In this document: piece by piece, positions 18,331 through 28,400 of the stretch
How positions within the stretch are numbered: position 1 is the stretch's first letter
Layout of the letters: each line of letters opens with the position of its first letter
Notes under the pieces: model-generated
Databases searched by the model: none
Seen by the model: the letters and a program-made list of their open reading frames with translations, nothing else
What the model was told of the DNA's origin: nothing
NCBI GenBank assembly: GCA_964613715.1
Contig: CAZTJK010000001.1
Span: 9,990-73,989, forward strand
Origin: an uncultured Candidatus Saccharibacteria bacterium
Lineage (GTDB): Bacteria; Patescibacteriota; Minisyncoccia; Phycocordibacterales; GWA1-40-21
Direction: 5' to 3'
DNA: 64,000 nucleotides
Position numbers and translations under genes: made by a program

Positions 18331-19550
18331 CAATCCAAGACCTCATGCATGAGACATCATCAGCCTTGCTTGCGAACAAAGTCCGTACCATCCTTACCAT
18401 GCTCGGTATCATCATCGGCATCGCATCGGTCATTGCTATGCTTGCGATCGGTCGTGGCGCCGCAAACTCGATCCAGTCATCAATACAGTCGATCGGCTCG
18501 AATCTTGTGGTCATCACGCCGGGGACACAACGGACTCCGGGTAGCCAGATCAATGTCGGCCGGGGCACCGCCAATACCCTGACAGCTGATGATGCAAATG
18601 CTATCGCAACAGAAGTGACGAGCGCCGAAGCGGTAGCGCCTGATGTCACGACGCGAAAGCAGGTGGTTGCCGCAGGAACAAATACCAATACATCGATCAT
18701 CGGCACAGTGCCCGCATATATGACTGTCCGCAATGTCACGGTGGAAGATGGTCAGTTCTTCACAGATGATCAGGTAGCTGGTCTTGCCCGGGTGGCAGTG
18801 CTCGGCCCCACCACACGGGACGATCTCTTCGGTGCGGATGCCGATGCGATCGGGCAAGTCATCCGCATCAACAGCAATCAGTTCACGGTGATCGGTATCA
18901 CGAAAGCGAAAGGAGGATCGGGATTCAATAACGGTGATGATGCCGTATATATCCCGATTTCGGTCGCACGGCAATTTCTGACTGGAAATCATTACGTATC
19001 GACGATCAGTGTGAAGGCGACAAGCGCCGATCTCGTCACCGATGTACAAAATCAGACAACGAGCATCTTGCTGGCGCGCCATAATATCAGCGACCCTACA
19101 AAAGCAGATTTCAGCACGCTCAATCAATCCGACATACTCTCGACCGCATCGACCGTCACGTCCACCCTCACATACCTCCTTGCAGCGATTGCCGGCATTT
19201 CGCTTGTCGTCGGCGGCATCGGCATCATGAACATGATGCTCACGACAGTGACAGAACGCACGCGCGAAATCGGCCTGCGCAAAGCGATCGGCGCGAAAAA
19301 GCACGATATCCGGCTACAGTTTCTCGTTGAATCCATAGCGCTGACGGTCATTGGCGGCATTCTCGGAGTCATCTTCGGCTTTCTCATCGCGACGATACTA
19401 TCAATCACTGGTATCATTGCCGCACAGGTGACGCTCGGCCCGGTACTCTTATCATTTGGAGTATCTGCACTCATCGGCATCGCTTTCGGCTACTATCCGG
19501 CAGCCCGCGCATCAAATTTCAACCCGATCGACGCCTTGCGCTACGAATAA
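18327..19550 (+). CDS. ABC transporter permease (MacB/FtsX family)
   Basis: N-terminal TM helix, a large periplasmic domain, and a C-terminal FtsX-type 3-TM bundle. Confidence 0.85.
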   Translation: MTIQDLMHETSSALLANKVRTILTMLGIIIGIASVIAMLAIGRGAANSIQSSIQSIGSNLVVITPGTQRTPGSQINVGRGTANTLTADDANAIATEVTSAEAVAPDVTTRKQVVAAGTNTNTSIIGTVPAYMTVRNVTVEDGQFFTDDQVAGLARVAVLGPTTRDDLFGADADAIGQVIRINSNQFTVIGITKAKGGSGFNNGDDAVYIPISVARQFLTGNHYVSTISVKATSADLVTDVQNQTTSILLARHNISDPTKADFSTLNQSDILSTASTVTSTLTYLLAAIAGISLVVGGIGIMNMMLTTVTERTREIGLRKAIGAKKHDIRLQFLVESIALTVIGGILGVIFGFLIATILSITGIIAAQVTLGPVLLSFGVSALIGIAFGYYPAARASNFNPIDALRYE

Positions 19551-19552
19551 TA

Positions 19553-20404
19553 TTATTTGAAAAGATCGAAAAATTTGACCGGATCGATCGAAATGCCACC
19601 GATCCGGACGCTCACATGCAGATGTGGTGCATTTGCATAGCCTGTTTCGCCGGAAAGGCCAATACGCTGTCCCGGAAGGACAAGCTGTCCCTGATTGACG
19701 AATATCTTCGACAAGTGCATATAAAACGTCTCGAGCCCGAGCCCATGATCGACAACTACCGTCTTGCCATAGACAGTGAAATTTTTCACGAGCCGCGCAA
19801 CGCCGCGATTTGCAGCATAGACTGGTGTACCGATTGCCGCCTGAAAATCAGTACCCTTATGAACGATAGTATACGCGCCGGTCTGACGATCGTATCCATA
19901 AGGATCGGTAACAGTCGCATATGACAGAGGATACGAAAACGACTTTGTCCAAAAAGCTTTCGCGCCGGTTGTAAGCGATGCAAGAATCATATTTTCTATG
20001 CTGAGCGTATCAACTACCTTCGCCTGATTTGCCGGGGCATTGCCGCCGAGTTTTTCGGGAATACCAAGCGGCGCTCGATACATCTGGCGTTCTTGTACTG
20101 CAAGCGTCGTGCTGCTTTCCCGTCCATCAGTAAGGCGCACAAAAATAGGGAATGTGCCTGTCGCATGGCGTATATCGATGCCGAGGAGCACAGACGGCTC
20201 TGCATGATATATGAATATAGGAAGTATTTTTCCATCGAACACTATGCGCTGTATTTCAGCTTTGGTAACGCCCTGCACATGAATGAATGCTGGTTCGCCT
20301 TGCAGCACCGTATCCGGCGTGACGGATACCGAAAAAATTCCTTGGGCACTGGCACAGAGGGGGAGGAAAAAACCGATTGCGAATAGGGAAAAGCGAAGGT
20401 TCAT
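19553..20404 (-). CDS. M23 family metallopeptidase (secreted)
   Basis: Signal peptide. HKGTDF...VDHGLGLETFYMHL...HLHVSV are the M23 zinc-ligand motifs. Confidence 0.85.
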   Translation of the reverse strand: MNLRFSLFAIGFFLPLCASAQGIFSVSVTPDTVLQGEPAFIHVQGVTKAEIQRIVFDGKILPIFIYHAEPSVLLGIDIRHATGTFPIFVRLTDGRESSTTLAVQERQMYRAPLGIPEKLGGNAPANQAKVVDTLSIENMILASLTTGAKAFWTKSFSYPLSYATVTDPYGYDRQTGAYTIVHKGTDFQAAIGTPVYAANRGVARLVKNFTVYGKTVVVDHGLGLETFYMHLSKIFVNQGQLVLPGQRIGLSGETGYANAPHLHVSVRIGGISIDPVKFFDLFK

Positions 20405-20442
20405 AAGCTTATTCTACCATGGCACAGAGGCTTATTTGACAA

Positions 20443-20471
20443 ATATGGTTTCAACCTATATGATGCAAGGG
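20443..20471 (+). promoter_or_regulatory. Promoter TTGACA-17nt-TATGAT for the RRM-protein gene (85-nt leader)
   Basis: Consensus -35 hexamer and a good -10. Confidence 0.5.
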
Positions 20472-20556
20472 ATTAAGAAGTATCTGCGAATGCAAGGATA
20501 GTCGTCTTTCGTTTCAAAAGAACTCTTAAGTTTATTAGTTCGTAACGAAGTTCAGA

Positions 20557-20823
20557 ATGAAGAAATTGTACGTTGGTGGCATTGCATATGCTACTAAGGA
20601 ACAGGCGTTGGCAGACGCTTTCGCGAAAGCGGGAGAAGTCGCATCAGCTGTTATTATCATGGATAAGATGACCGGCCGCTCAAAGGGCTTTGGTTTCGTC
20701 GAAATGGCGACCGAAGACGGAGCAAAAGCTGCCATCGACATGTGGAACGGCAAGGAGCTCGATGGCCGCAAATTGACGGTCAACGAAGCCCGCCCACGCG
20801 AAGAAAGACCAAGCAGATACTAA
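20557..20823 (+). CDS. RNA-binding protein with an RRM domain
   Basis: RNP2 LYVGGI and RNP1 KGFGFVEM. Confidence 0.85.
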   Translation: MKKLYVGGIAYATKEQALADAFAKAGEVASAVIIMDKMTGRSKGFGFVEMATEDGAKAAIDMWNGKELDGRKLTVNEARPREERPSRY

Positions 20824-20837
20824 ATCTCGCTTAAAAC

Positions 20838-20867
20838 AAAAAAGACCTCGAGAGGGGTCTTTTTTGT
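20838..20867 (+). terminator. Intrinsic terminator: agacctc-gaga-ggggtct followed by T6
   Basis: Lies immediately before the TATACT -10 of the next gene. Confidence 0.7.
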
Positions 20868-20883
20868 TTGCTATACTATTTCC

Positions 20884-21630
20884 ATGTCCGAATACTACAA
20901 AGGCACGCGAGGTGCGGCATGGAATTATGGCGGAGGTAATTGGAAGTTAAGCCGGTCGAAAATCGACCTGTTTCTCGAGTGTCGGCGCTGTTTCTACTTG
21001 GATAATAAGCTCGGGGTCAAGCGCGTCCCGGGTTTCCCGTTCTCGATCAACTCATCGGTGGACCATCTGCTGAAGCAGGAGTTTGATACGCATCGGGCAA
21101 AAGGCGAGAAACACCCGATCCAGAAGGAATACGGCATAGATGCCAAGCCTGCGCCGCATGCAGAACTCGATGAATGGCGCAGGAATTTCGGCGGCGTGCG
21201 ATACATGCATGCGCCGACCGGGTTCGTCGTGACCGGCGCGATCGACGATCTCTGGGTGAATAGCAAAGGGGAATATATCGTCGTCGACTATAAAGCGACA
21301 GCAAAAGAAGAGGCGGTGAAAGAGCTCGACAAGGAGTGGCAGGATGGGTACAAGCGACAGATGGAAGTGTATCAGTGGCTCTTGCGCAAAAACGGACTTA
21401 CGGTCTCGGATACCGGATACTTCGTCTACTGCACGGGCAGGATGGATCGCCAGGCTTTTGACAAGCGGATAGATTTTGACGTCAATCTCATCGCATATAG
21501 GGGCAATGACGCATGGGTGGAAAAGACTCTGACAGATATTAAGAAGTGTCTGGACGGCGCCATGCCGAAATCAAATGAAAATTGCGACTGGTGCGCATAC
21601 CGCGCCGCTGCTGAAAAAGCCGAGAACTAA
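20884..21630 (+). CDS. Cas4/RecB-like PD-(D/E)XK nuclease with putative Fe-S cysteines, stand-alone
   Basis: D...EYIVVDYKAT is a D-x(n)-E-x-K core. Cys residues occur at the N-terminus (CRRC) and C-terminus (C...CDWC), as in Cas4 and AddB. No cas genes or CRISPR repeats are nearby. Confidence 0.6.
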   Translation: MSEYYKGTRGAAWNYGGGNWKLSRSKIDLFLECRRCFYLDNKLGVKRVPGFPFSINSSVDHLLKQEFDTHRAKGEKHPIQKEYGIDAKPAPHAELDEWRRNFGGVRYMHAPTGFVVTGAIDDLWVNSKGEYIVVDYKATAKEEAVKELDKEWQDGYKRQMEVYQWLLRKNGLTVSDTGYFVYCTGRMDRQAFDKRIDFDVNLIAYRGNDAWVEKTLTDIKKCLDGAMPKSNENCDWCAYRAAAEKAEN

Positions 21631-21851
21631 CGATATTCCTGTTTGCTGTAGCGAATACTCGTAGCGTGAGCCATTGCTTCTTCCGGAGAAACTTCATTTT
21701 TATCAAGGCGAGCAAGAAGCTTTTGGAGTGCGGGCAGTTCGGAATCATTCGTACCCATGACGCTGCATTCCTGCATCATCAGGCCGATATGATTTTTGGC
21801 AGCTTCTTTTTCCTTTCCGGTATCAATAAGAGTCGATATATGCTCATGCAT
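21627..21851 (-). CDS. Small hypothetical protein
   Basis: 74-aa ORF convergent with the nuclease gene. No Shine-Dalgarno sequence and no recognisable similarity. Confidence 0.3.
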   Translation of the reverse strand: MHEHISTLIDTGKEKEAAKNHIGLMMQECSVMGTNDSELPALQKLLARLDKNEVSPEEAMAHATSIRYSKQEYR

Positions 21852-22164
21852 GCGACCATAATATCATAAGGAAAACTTTGTTGATAACGAGTAATTTGAC
21901 TTTTTGCGGCCTGTCAGCTACACTGTCTGCAGCTTAAGAGAGGAATGAGTTGCGGGCGAAAGCGGCCAAAAAGTAAGCTGGTTAAAGTCTTGCTTAAAAA
22001 AATAAGATAAATTTTGAGAGAGGAATAAGATACCTTGATGGGAGAGGTGTCTTTTTGTGTTGTGTATAGGCTTCCTCGAATCGAACCTGGCATTTTTCTT
22101 ACTTTTTTACGCAGGAACGGCTGGCAAGCGGGACATTATTATTAGCAATCAGCATTCAGCAACT

Positions 22165-25100
22165 ATGAAGACGATGAAACGGCCGGCAAATATCCTCACC
22201 GAGGGCGTGACCGGCGGAAAGTTCGAGAAGAAGTATTTCGGCAGATTCAAGGAACCCCTCGTGGATATCCCAAATCTCGTCGATCACCAGGTCCGCTCAT
22301 ACGAGTGGCTCTTGAAGGATGGCATCAAGGAAGTCTTGAAGGAATTCTCGCCGATCAAGGACTATGCCGAAAAGAAATTCGAGCTCTCATTCACCGGCTT
22401 TGATGTTACGCCACCATCATATGACGAGTTCCAGGCAAAGGAAAAGAAAATCTCCTATGAAGGCCAGCTCAAAGCGAAGGTGAAGCTCAAGAACCGCTCT
22501 CTCGGCTCAGACATCGAACAGGAAATCTTCCTCTCGGATATTCCTATGATGACCGGCCACGGCACCTTCATCGTCAACGGCATCGAGCGTGTCATCGTCC
22601 CGCAGCTTGCCCGTTCATATGGCATTTTCTTCACCTTGAATGACGCCAAGGGCAAGAACTTCTTCGGTGCAAAAGTCATCCCGGCACGCGGCGCATGGCT
22701 TGAGATCGAATCCGAAGCCGACGGTGCGATCTATGTGAAAATCGACAAGAAGCGCAAATTCGCGATCTCTTCGCTCTTGCGCATTTTCGGCGTGAAAACT
22801 GAAAAGGAGATTCGCGATCTCTTCAAGGGAAATGAAGCTGTCGTCAAAGCGATCGAGAATACGCTCCTGAAGGATCATGCAAAGACGCAAGATGATTCCT
22901 ATATCGAAATCTACAAGCGCCTGCGTGATGGCGACCTTGCCGCAGTTGAAAACGCCAAGGAATTCATCAAATCGATTTTCAGCGCCGAGCGCTATGACAT
23001 CTCGAAAGTCGGCCGCTTCAAATTCAACAAGCGCTTCGGCAAGCCGATGGATGAGAAATCCCTCGAGCAGAAAGCGATCACGCTTGATGACCTGGTCACC
23101 ATTATCGGCAAGATCGTCGAGCTCAACAATGATCCGGAAGCCGTTGAAGACGATATCGATCATCTTGGCAGCCGCCGCGTCAGATTCGTCGGCGAGCTCC
23201 TGCAGGCAAAGATCCGCGTCGGTATGGCACAAATGAAGCGCAATATCCAGGACCGCATGTCGACCATTGATCCGGACATCAAGATGCCGGTGCAGTTCGT
23301 TTCCGCACGCCCGCTCCAGGCCCGCATCAAGGAATTCTTCACCACGAACCAGCTGTCGCAGTTCATGCAGCAGACCAATATCCTCGAAGAAATCGAGCAT
23401 CTGCGCACACTCTCCGCGCTTGGCCCAGGCGGTCTGACCAAAGAGCGCGCCGGCTTCGAAGTGCGCGATGTCCACCCATCGCACTACGGCCGCGTCTGCC
23501 CGATCCACACGCCAGAAGGCCAGAACATCGGCCTTATCTTGCGCTTGTCTACGTACGCCCGCGTCAATGATTTCGGCATGATCGAAACGCCGTATGCGAA
23601 AGTGAAAAACGGCATCGTTACGAAGGAAATCAAGTACTTCAACGCCCTTGAGGAGGAAAACTTCAAGATTGCGCACGGTGCCACCGCATATGATGAATCA
23701 GGAAAAATCACCGAAAAGGAAGTCGAGGTCCGCGTCAATGGCACGCCACAGATCGCCCGCCGCGAAGATGTCGAGCTCATTGACGTTTCCGCAAACCAGG
23801 CATTCTCGATTGCGACGAACATGATGCCGTTCTTGAACCACGACGACGCGAACCGCGCGCTCATGGGCACGAACATGCAGAAGCAGGCTGTCCCGTGCGT
23901 GGTGCCTGAAGCGCCGCTCGTTGCCACCGGCATCGAAATGGAAGCAGCGCGCGACACCGGCCGCATTATCTATGCAGAAGAAGAGGGAACGGTCAGCGCA
24001 GTCGATGCATCGAAAGTCATCGTCAAAAGCGCGAAAAACGGTAAGGAGAAGGAGTACAAGCTTGTCAGCTTCTCGCGCACGAACGGCTTTACACCGTTCC
24101 ATCAGCGCCCATCCGTTTCACTTGGAAAAAAAATAAAGAATGGTGATTTGCTTGCGTACACGTCTTCGTCCGTCGGCGGAAAGATGTCCATCGGCCAGAA
24201 CGCGATCGTCGCATTCATGACCTGGAAAGGCGCGAACTTTGAAGACGCAATCATCCTCTCTGAGCGCCTCGTGAAAGACAGCAAATTCTCATCAGTGCAT
24301 ATCGAGGAATTCATCGTGAATGTCCGCGATACCAAGCTTGGCCCTGAAGTCACGACACATGACATCCCGAATGTCGGCGAAGGCAAGCTGAAAGACCTGG
24401 ATGAAGACGGCATTGTACGCATCGGTGCGGAAGTCATGCCGGGCGATATCCTCGTCGGAAAGATCACCCCGAAAGGCGAGACGCAGCTCACGCCTGAAGA
24501 GCGCCTGCTCCGTTCCATCTTCGGTGAAAAAGCACGCGACGTGAAAGATACGTCAAAACGCCTCGAGTCCGGCAAGCGTGGCCGCGTCATTTCAGTCAAG
24601 ATCTTCTCTCGCGAAAGCGGCGACAAACTCGAAAGCGGCATCATCAAGCGCATCCATATCGAGGTCGCGCAGCTCAGAAATATCTCAGTCGGCGACAAGC
24701 TTGCCGGCCGCCACGGCAATAAGGGTGTTATTTCGCGCATTTTGCCTGTCGAAGACATGCCATATATGGAAGACGGCACGCCAGTCGATATTATTCTTAC
24801 TCCGCTCGGCATCCCGAGCCGTATGAATCTTGGCCAAATTCTTGAATTGCATCTCGGCCTTGCGGCAAATACGCTCAATTATCAGGCGGTTGTTCCACCA
24901 TTCATGGGTGCAAGCGAAACTGAAATCAAGGAAGAGCTCGTCAAAGCCGGCTACAAAGAGAATGGCAAAGTAAAGCTCTTCGACGGACGCGATGGTCAGT
25001 CCTATGACCAGGAAATTTCCGTCGGCTACATGTATATCCTGAAGCTGCATCATGAAGTGGAAGACAAGATCCATATGCGCTCGATTGGTCCGTACTCGAT

Positions 25101-25392
25101 GATCACGCAGCAGCCGCTTGGCGGACGCGCGCAAGGAGGCGGCCAGCGCTTCGGCGAAATGGAAGTCTGGGCATTGCTCGGCTATGGCGCGGCATATACG
25201 CTCCGCGAAATGCTTACGATCAAGTCCGACGATATCGTCGGCCGCTCGGCAGCATTCGATTCGATCGTCAAAGGCGAACGGATCAAACAACCAAATATTC
25301 CCGCATCGTTTAATGTGCTTCTGAACAGCTTGAGGGGTCTCGCACTTGACGTCGAACTCAAGAACGAAAAGAAAGACGAAGACAAGGCATAA
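22165..25392 (+). CDS. rpoB: DNA-directed RNA polymerase subunit beta
   Basis: Start set at MKTMKRPANIL...FGRFKEPLVDIPNLVDHQ. Conserved motifs include GRHGNKGVISRI and DGRDGQSYD. A ~310-nt leader lies upstream. Confidence 0.95.
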   Translation: MKTMKRPANILTEGVTGGKFEKKYFGRFKEPLVDIPNLVDHQVRSYEWLLKDGIKEVLKEFSPIKDYAEKKFELSFTGFDVTPPSYDEFQAKEKKISYEGQLKAKVKLKNRSLGSDIEQEIFLSDIPMMTGHGTFIVNGIERVIVPQLARSYGIFFTLNDAKGKNFFGAKVIPARGAWLEIESEADGAIYVKIDKKRKFAISSLLRIFGVKTEKEIRDLFKGNEAVVKAIENTLLKDHAKTQDDSYIEIYKRLRDGDLAAVENAKEFIKSIFSAERYDISKVGRFKFNKRFGKPMDEKSLEQKAITLDDLVTIIGKIVELNNDPEAVEDDIDHLGSRRVRFVGELLQAKIRVGMAQMKRNIQDRMSTIDPDIKMPVQFVSARPLQARIKEFFTTNQLSQFMQQTNILEEIEHLRTLSALGPGGLTKERAGFEVRDVHPSHYGRVCPIHTPEGQNIGLILRLSTYARVNDFGMIETPYAKVKNGIVTKEIKYFNALEEENFKIAHGATAYDESGKITEKEVEVRVNGTPQIARREDVELIDVSANQAFSIATNMMPFLNHDDANRALMGTNMQKQAVPCVVPEAPLVATGIEMEAARDTGRIIYAEEEGTVSAVDASKVIVKSAKNGKEKEYKLVSFSRTNGFTPFHQRPSVSLGKKIKNGDLLAYTSSSVGGKMSIGQNAIVAFMTWKGANFEDAIILSERLVKDSKFSSVHIEEFIVNVRDTKLGPEVTTHDIPNVGEGKLKDLDEDGIVRIGAEVMPGDILVGKITPKGETQLTPEERLLRSIFGEKARDVKDTSKRLESGKRGRVISVKIFSRESGDKLESGIIKRIHIEVAQLRNISVGDKLAGRHGNKGVISRILPVEDMPYMEDGTPVDIILTPLGIPSRMNLGQILELHLGLAANTLNYQAVVPPFMGASETEIKEELVKAGYKENGKVKLFDGRDGQSYDQEISVGYMYILKLHHEVEDKIHMRSIGPYSMITQQPLGGRAQGGGQRFGEMEVWALLGYGAAYTLREMLTIKSDDIVGRSAAFDSIVKGERIKQPNIPASFNVLLNSLRGLALDVELKNEKKDEDKA

Positions 25393-25410
25393 ATCAGAAC
25401 GAACAAACAT

Positions 25411-28400
25411 ATGAACATCAACACAACAAAAGGAAAAGAAACGAAAGGGGAGTTCAATATTGTCTCTCTCGGCCTTGCTTCTCCGGAAATCATCGCAAAG
25501 TGGTCCTTCGGCGAGATCACCAAGCCGGAAACGATCAATTACCGCACGCAGCGCTCCGAGCGCGGCGGCCTCTTCGACGAGAAGATATTCGGTCCAGACA
25601 AAGATTATGAATGCTATTGCGGCAAATACCGTGGCATCCGCTACAAGGGCATCGTCTGCGAAAAGTGCGGCGTCGAAATCACCCGTTCCATTGTGCGCCG
25701 TGAGCGCATGGGTCATATCGAGCTTTCAAGCCCGGTATCGCATATTTGGTTTTTGCGCGGCACACCGTCGCGCCTCGGCCAGGTGCTCGGCATGTCGGTC
25801 GCTGATCTTGAAAAGGTGATCTATTTTGCTGGCTATATTATCACGAAGATGTATCCTGCAGAAAAAGAGCGTATCCTGAAGGAAATCGAAAATGAATTCA
25901 AGAACAAGGTCAAGAATGTCGGCGACGACAAGACCAAGGAAGCATTGAAGGAAATGGCGCTCACTGCGAAAAAGGAAGTCGAGGGCATCAATGAAGGCAA
26001 GGTGCTCGACGAAGTCGCCTATCACAAATTCTCCATGAAATACGGTGCTGCGTTCGAAGCAGGTATCGGCGGAGAAGTCATTTATGAAATACTCAAGAAG
26101 GTCAATCTGCATGATCTTGAAAAGAAAATCGTCGCCGGCCTCGAGAAGGCAAACGCGATCGACAGCGAGAAGTTGAACAAGCGTCTCTCGCTCATCCGCT
26201 CGCTCATCGCATCGAATGAGCGCCCAGAATGGATGTTCCTGACCAAGATCCCGGTTATCCCGCCGGCGCTTCGCCCGATGGTACCGCTTGATGGCGGACG
26301 CTTCGCGACTTCGGATGTCAACGACCTGTACCGCCGCGTCATCAACCGCAATAACCGCTTGCTGAAACTCAAGGAAATCAATGCGCCGGATGTCATTCTG
26401 CGCAATGAGAAAAGAATCTTGCAGGAAGCCGTCGATGCACTCATCGACAACAATATCCGCCATGGCAATACGCTCTTCTCGGCACTCGGCAATGCGGCCC
26501 AGAAGCGCCCACTCAAATCCCTCGCTGAAAACCTGAAAGGCAAGCGTGGCCTTTTCCGCTCGAACCTCTTGGGTAAGCGCGTGGACTATTCCGGCCGCTC
26601 GGTCATCGTCGTCGGTCCGGAACTCAAGCTCAATGAATGCGGTCTGCCGAAGCATATGGCACTCGAGCTTTTCCGCCCGTTCGTCATCTCGCAACTCTTG
26701 AAAAAGGAGCTTGCATACAATATCCGTGGCGCAGGACGCCTGATCGACGACGGCGTGCCACAGGTATGGGCAATCCTCGAAGAGGTCATTAAAGACAAAT
26801 ATGTGCTCTTGAACCGCGCACCGACCTTGCACCGCCTCGGCATCCAGGCATTCCGCCCGATCCTCATTGAAGGCAATGCTATCCAGGTGCATCCGCTTGT
26901 CTGTACCGCATTCAATGCGGACTTCGACGGCGACCAGATGGCTGTGCACGTGCCGCTTTCCGAGGAGGCGCAGCTTGAAGCACATGAGATCATGGCTTCC
27001 GACAAGAACATCATGAAACCGGGCGACGGCGATCCGACGATTTCTTCGAAATTGCTCGATATCGTCCTCGGCTGCTATTGGATGACCAAGATCATCGAGG
27101 GTGAGAAAGGCGAAGGAAAATATTTCCAATCCGCGAACGCGGCGATCACTGCGCACGATTTCGGCATTGTCGGCTTCAGAACGAAAATAAAAGTGCTGCC
27201 GTCAGACAAACCAAAATACAAGCAGTTCAATGGCGAGCTGTTCGAAACGACCGTCGGCCGTCTCCTGTTCAATAGCGTTCTGCCGGACAATTATCCGTTC
27301 GTGAACAAGGAAATCGACAAGAAAGCGATGGTGAAGATCATCGACGATCTCATCATCGAGCACGGCCCGAACAAGATCGGCCCGATCATGGACAAGATCA
27401 AGAACTTCGGATTCAAATATGCGACCCATTCGGGTGTCACCTGGAGCCTTGACGATATCAAGGTGCCGGCAAAGAAGGAATCTATCATTGCAACTGCAAG
27501 ACAGAAATCCATCGAGGTCATGAGCGAATTCAGCGAAGGTCTCCTCTCGGAGGAAGAGCGCATCCGCCTCAATATCGAAATCTGGCAGAATGCCAAGGGC
27601 GAACTCGAAAAGATCATGCCATCGACCCTCGACACCAACGGCTCGGTATACGACATGTGGAAATCAGGCGCCCGCGGCTCCCTCGGCTCCATCGTCCAGA
27701 TGGCGGGTATGAAAGGCCTCATTCAGAACGTTTTGGGCGACACAATCGAGCATCCGGTCATCAATTCTTATAAAGAAGGTCTGACCCCGATCGAATACTT
27801 CATCACCACGAACGGTTCACGCAAAGGTCTTACCGATACCGCGCTGAATACCGCAAAGGCAGGCTATCTGACCCGCCGCCTCTTCGACGTTGCTCAAGAC
27901 ATCATCATCACCGAGGCCGATTGCGGCACGAAAGATGGCATTACCATCGATCGCGCGACCGGTATGGAAACCGGCTCATCGATCGCCAAAAAGATCCGTG
28001 GCAGGATTCTTGCCGAAGACTGCGCAAGTGCGGATGGCAAAGTAGCATTCAAGAAAGGCGCACTGCTGACCAAGGATGATGCGCAGAAAATCGACGATGC
28101 TGCCATCGAGAAAATCATCATCCGTTCGCCGCTTTCCTGCAAGACGCTCCATGGCATCTGCTCGAAATGCTACGGCATGGATCTCGGCAAAGGAATGCTG
28201 ATTGACCTTGGCGAAGCAGTCGGTACGATCGCTGCCCAGGCTATCGGCGAACCGGGCACCCAGCTCACTATGCGTACCTTCCACGCTGGTGGTACGGCAT
28301 CGGTCGGCGGCGACATCACTCAGGGTCTTCCACGCGTCGATGAAATCTTTGAAAAGCGCCGCCCGAAGAATCCGGCAGTCGTCGCAACCGTCAACGGCCA

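Noticed and set aside
22060-22090. tRNA-like T-loop remnant (tcgaatcgaacc on the plus strand, i.e. GGTTCGATTCGA on the minus strand) in the rpoB leader
   Set aside because: No complementary T-stem or acceptor stem can be formed. It is a chance match or at most a decayed fragment.
22615-23676. 353-aa minus-strand ORF (also 23698..24102, 24102..24878, 24685..25716, 25726..27156, 27291..27722 and others) inside rpoB/rpoC
   Set aside because: These are antisense to strongly conserved rpoB/rpoC coding sequence. Their length is explained by codon bias on the opposite strand, and they have no recognisable similarity.
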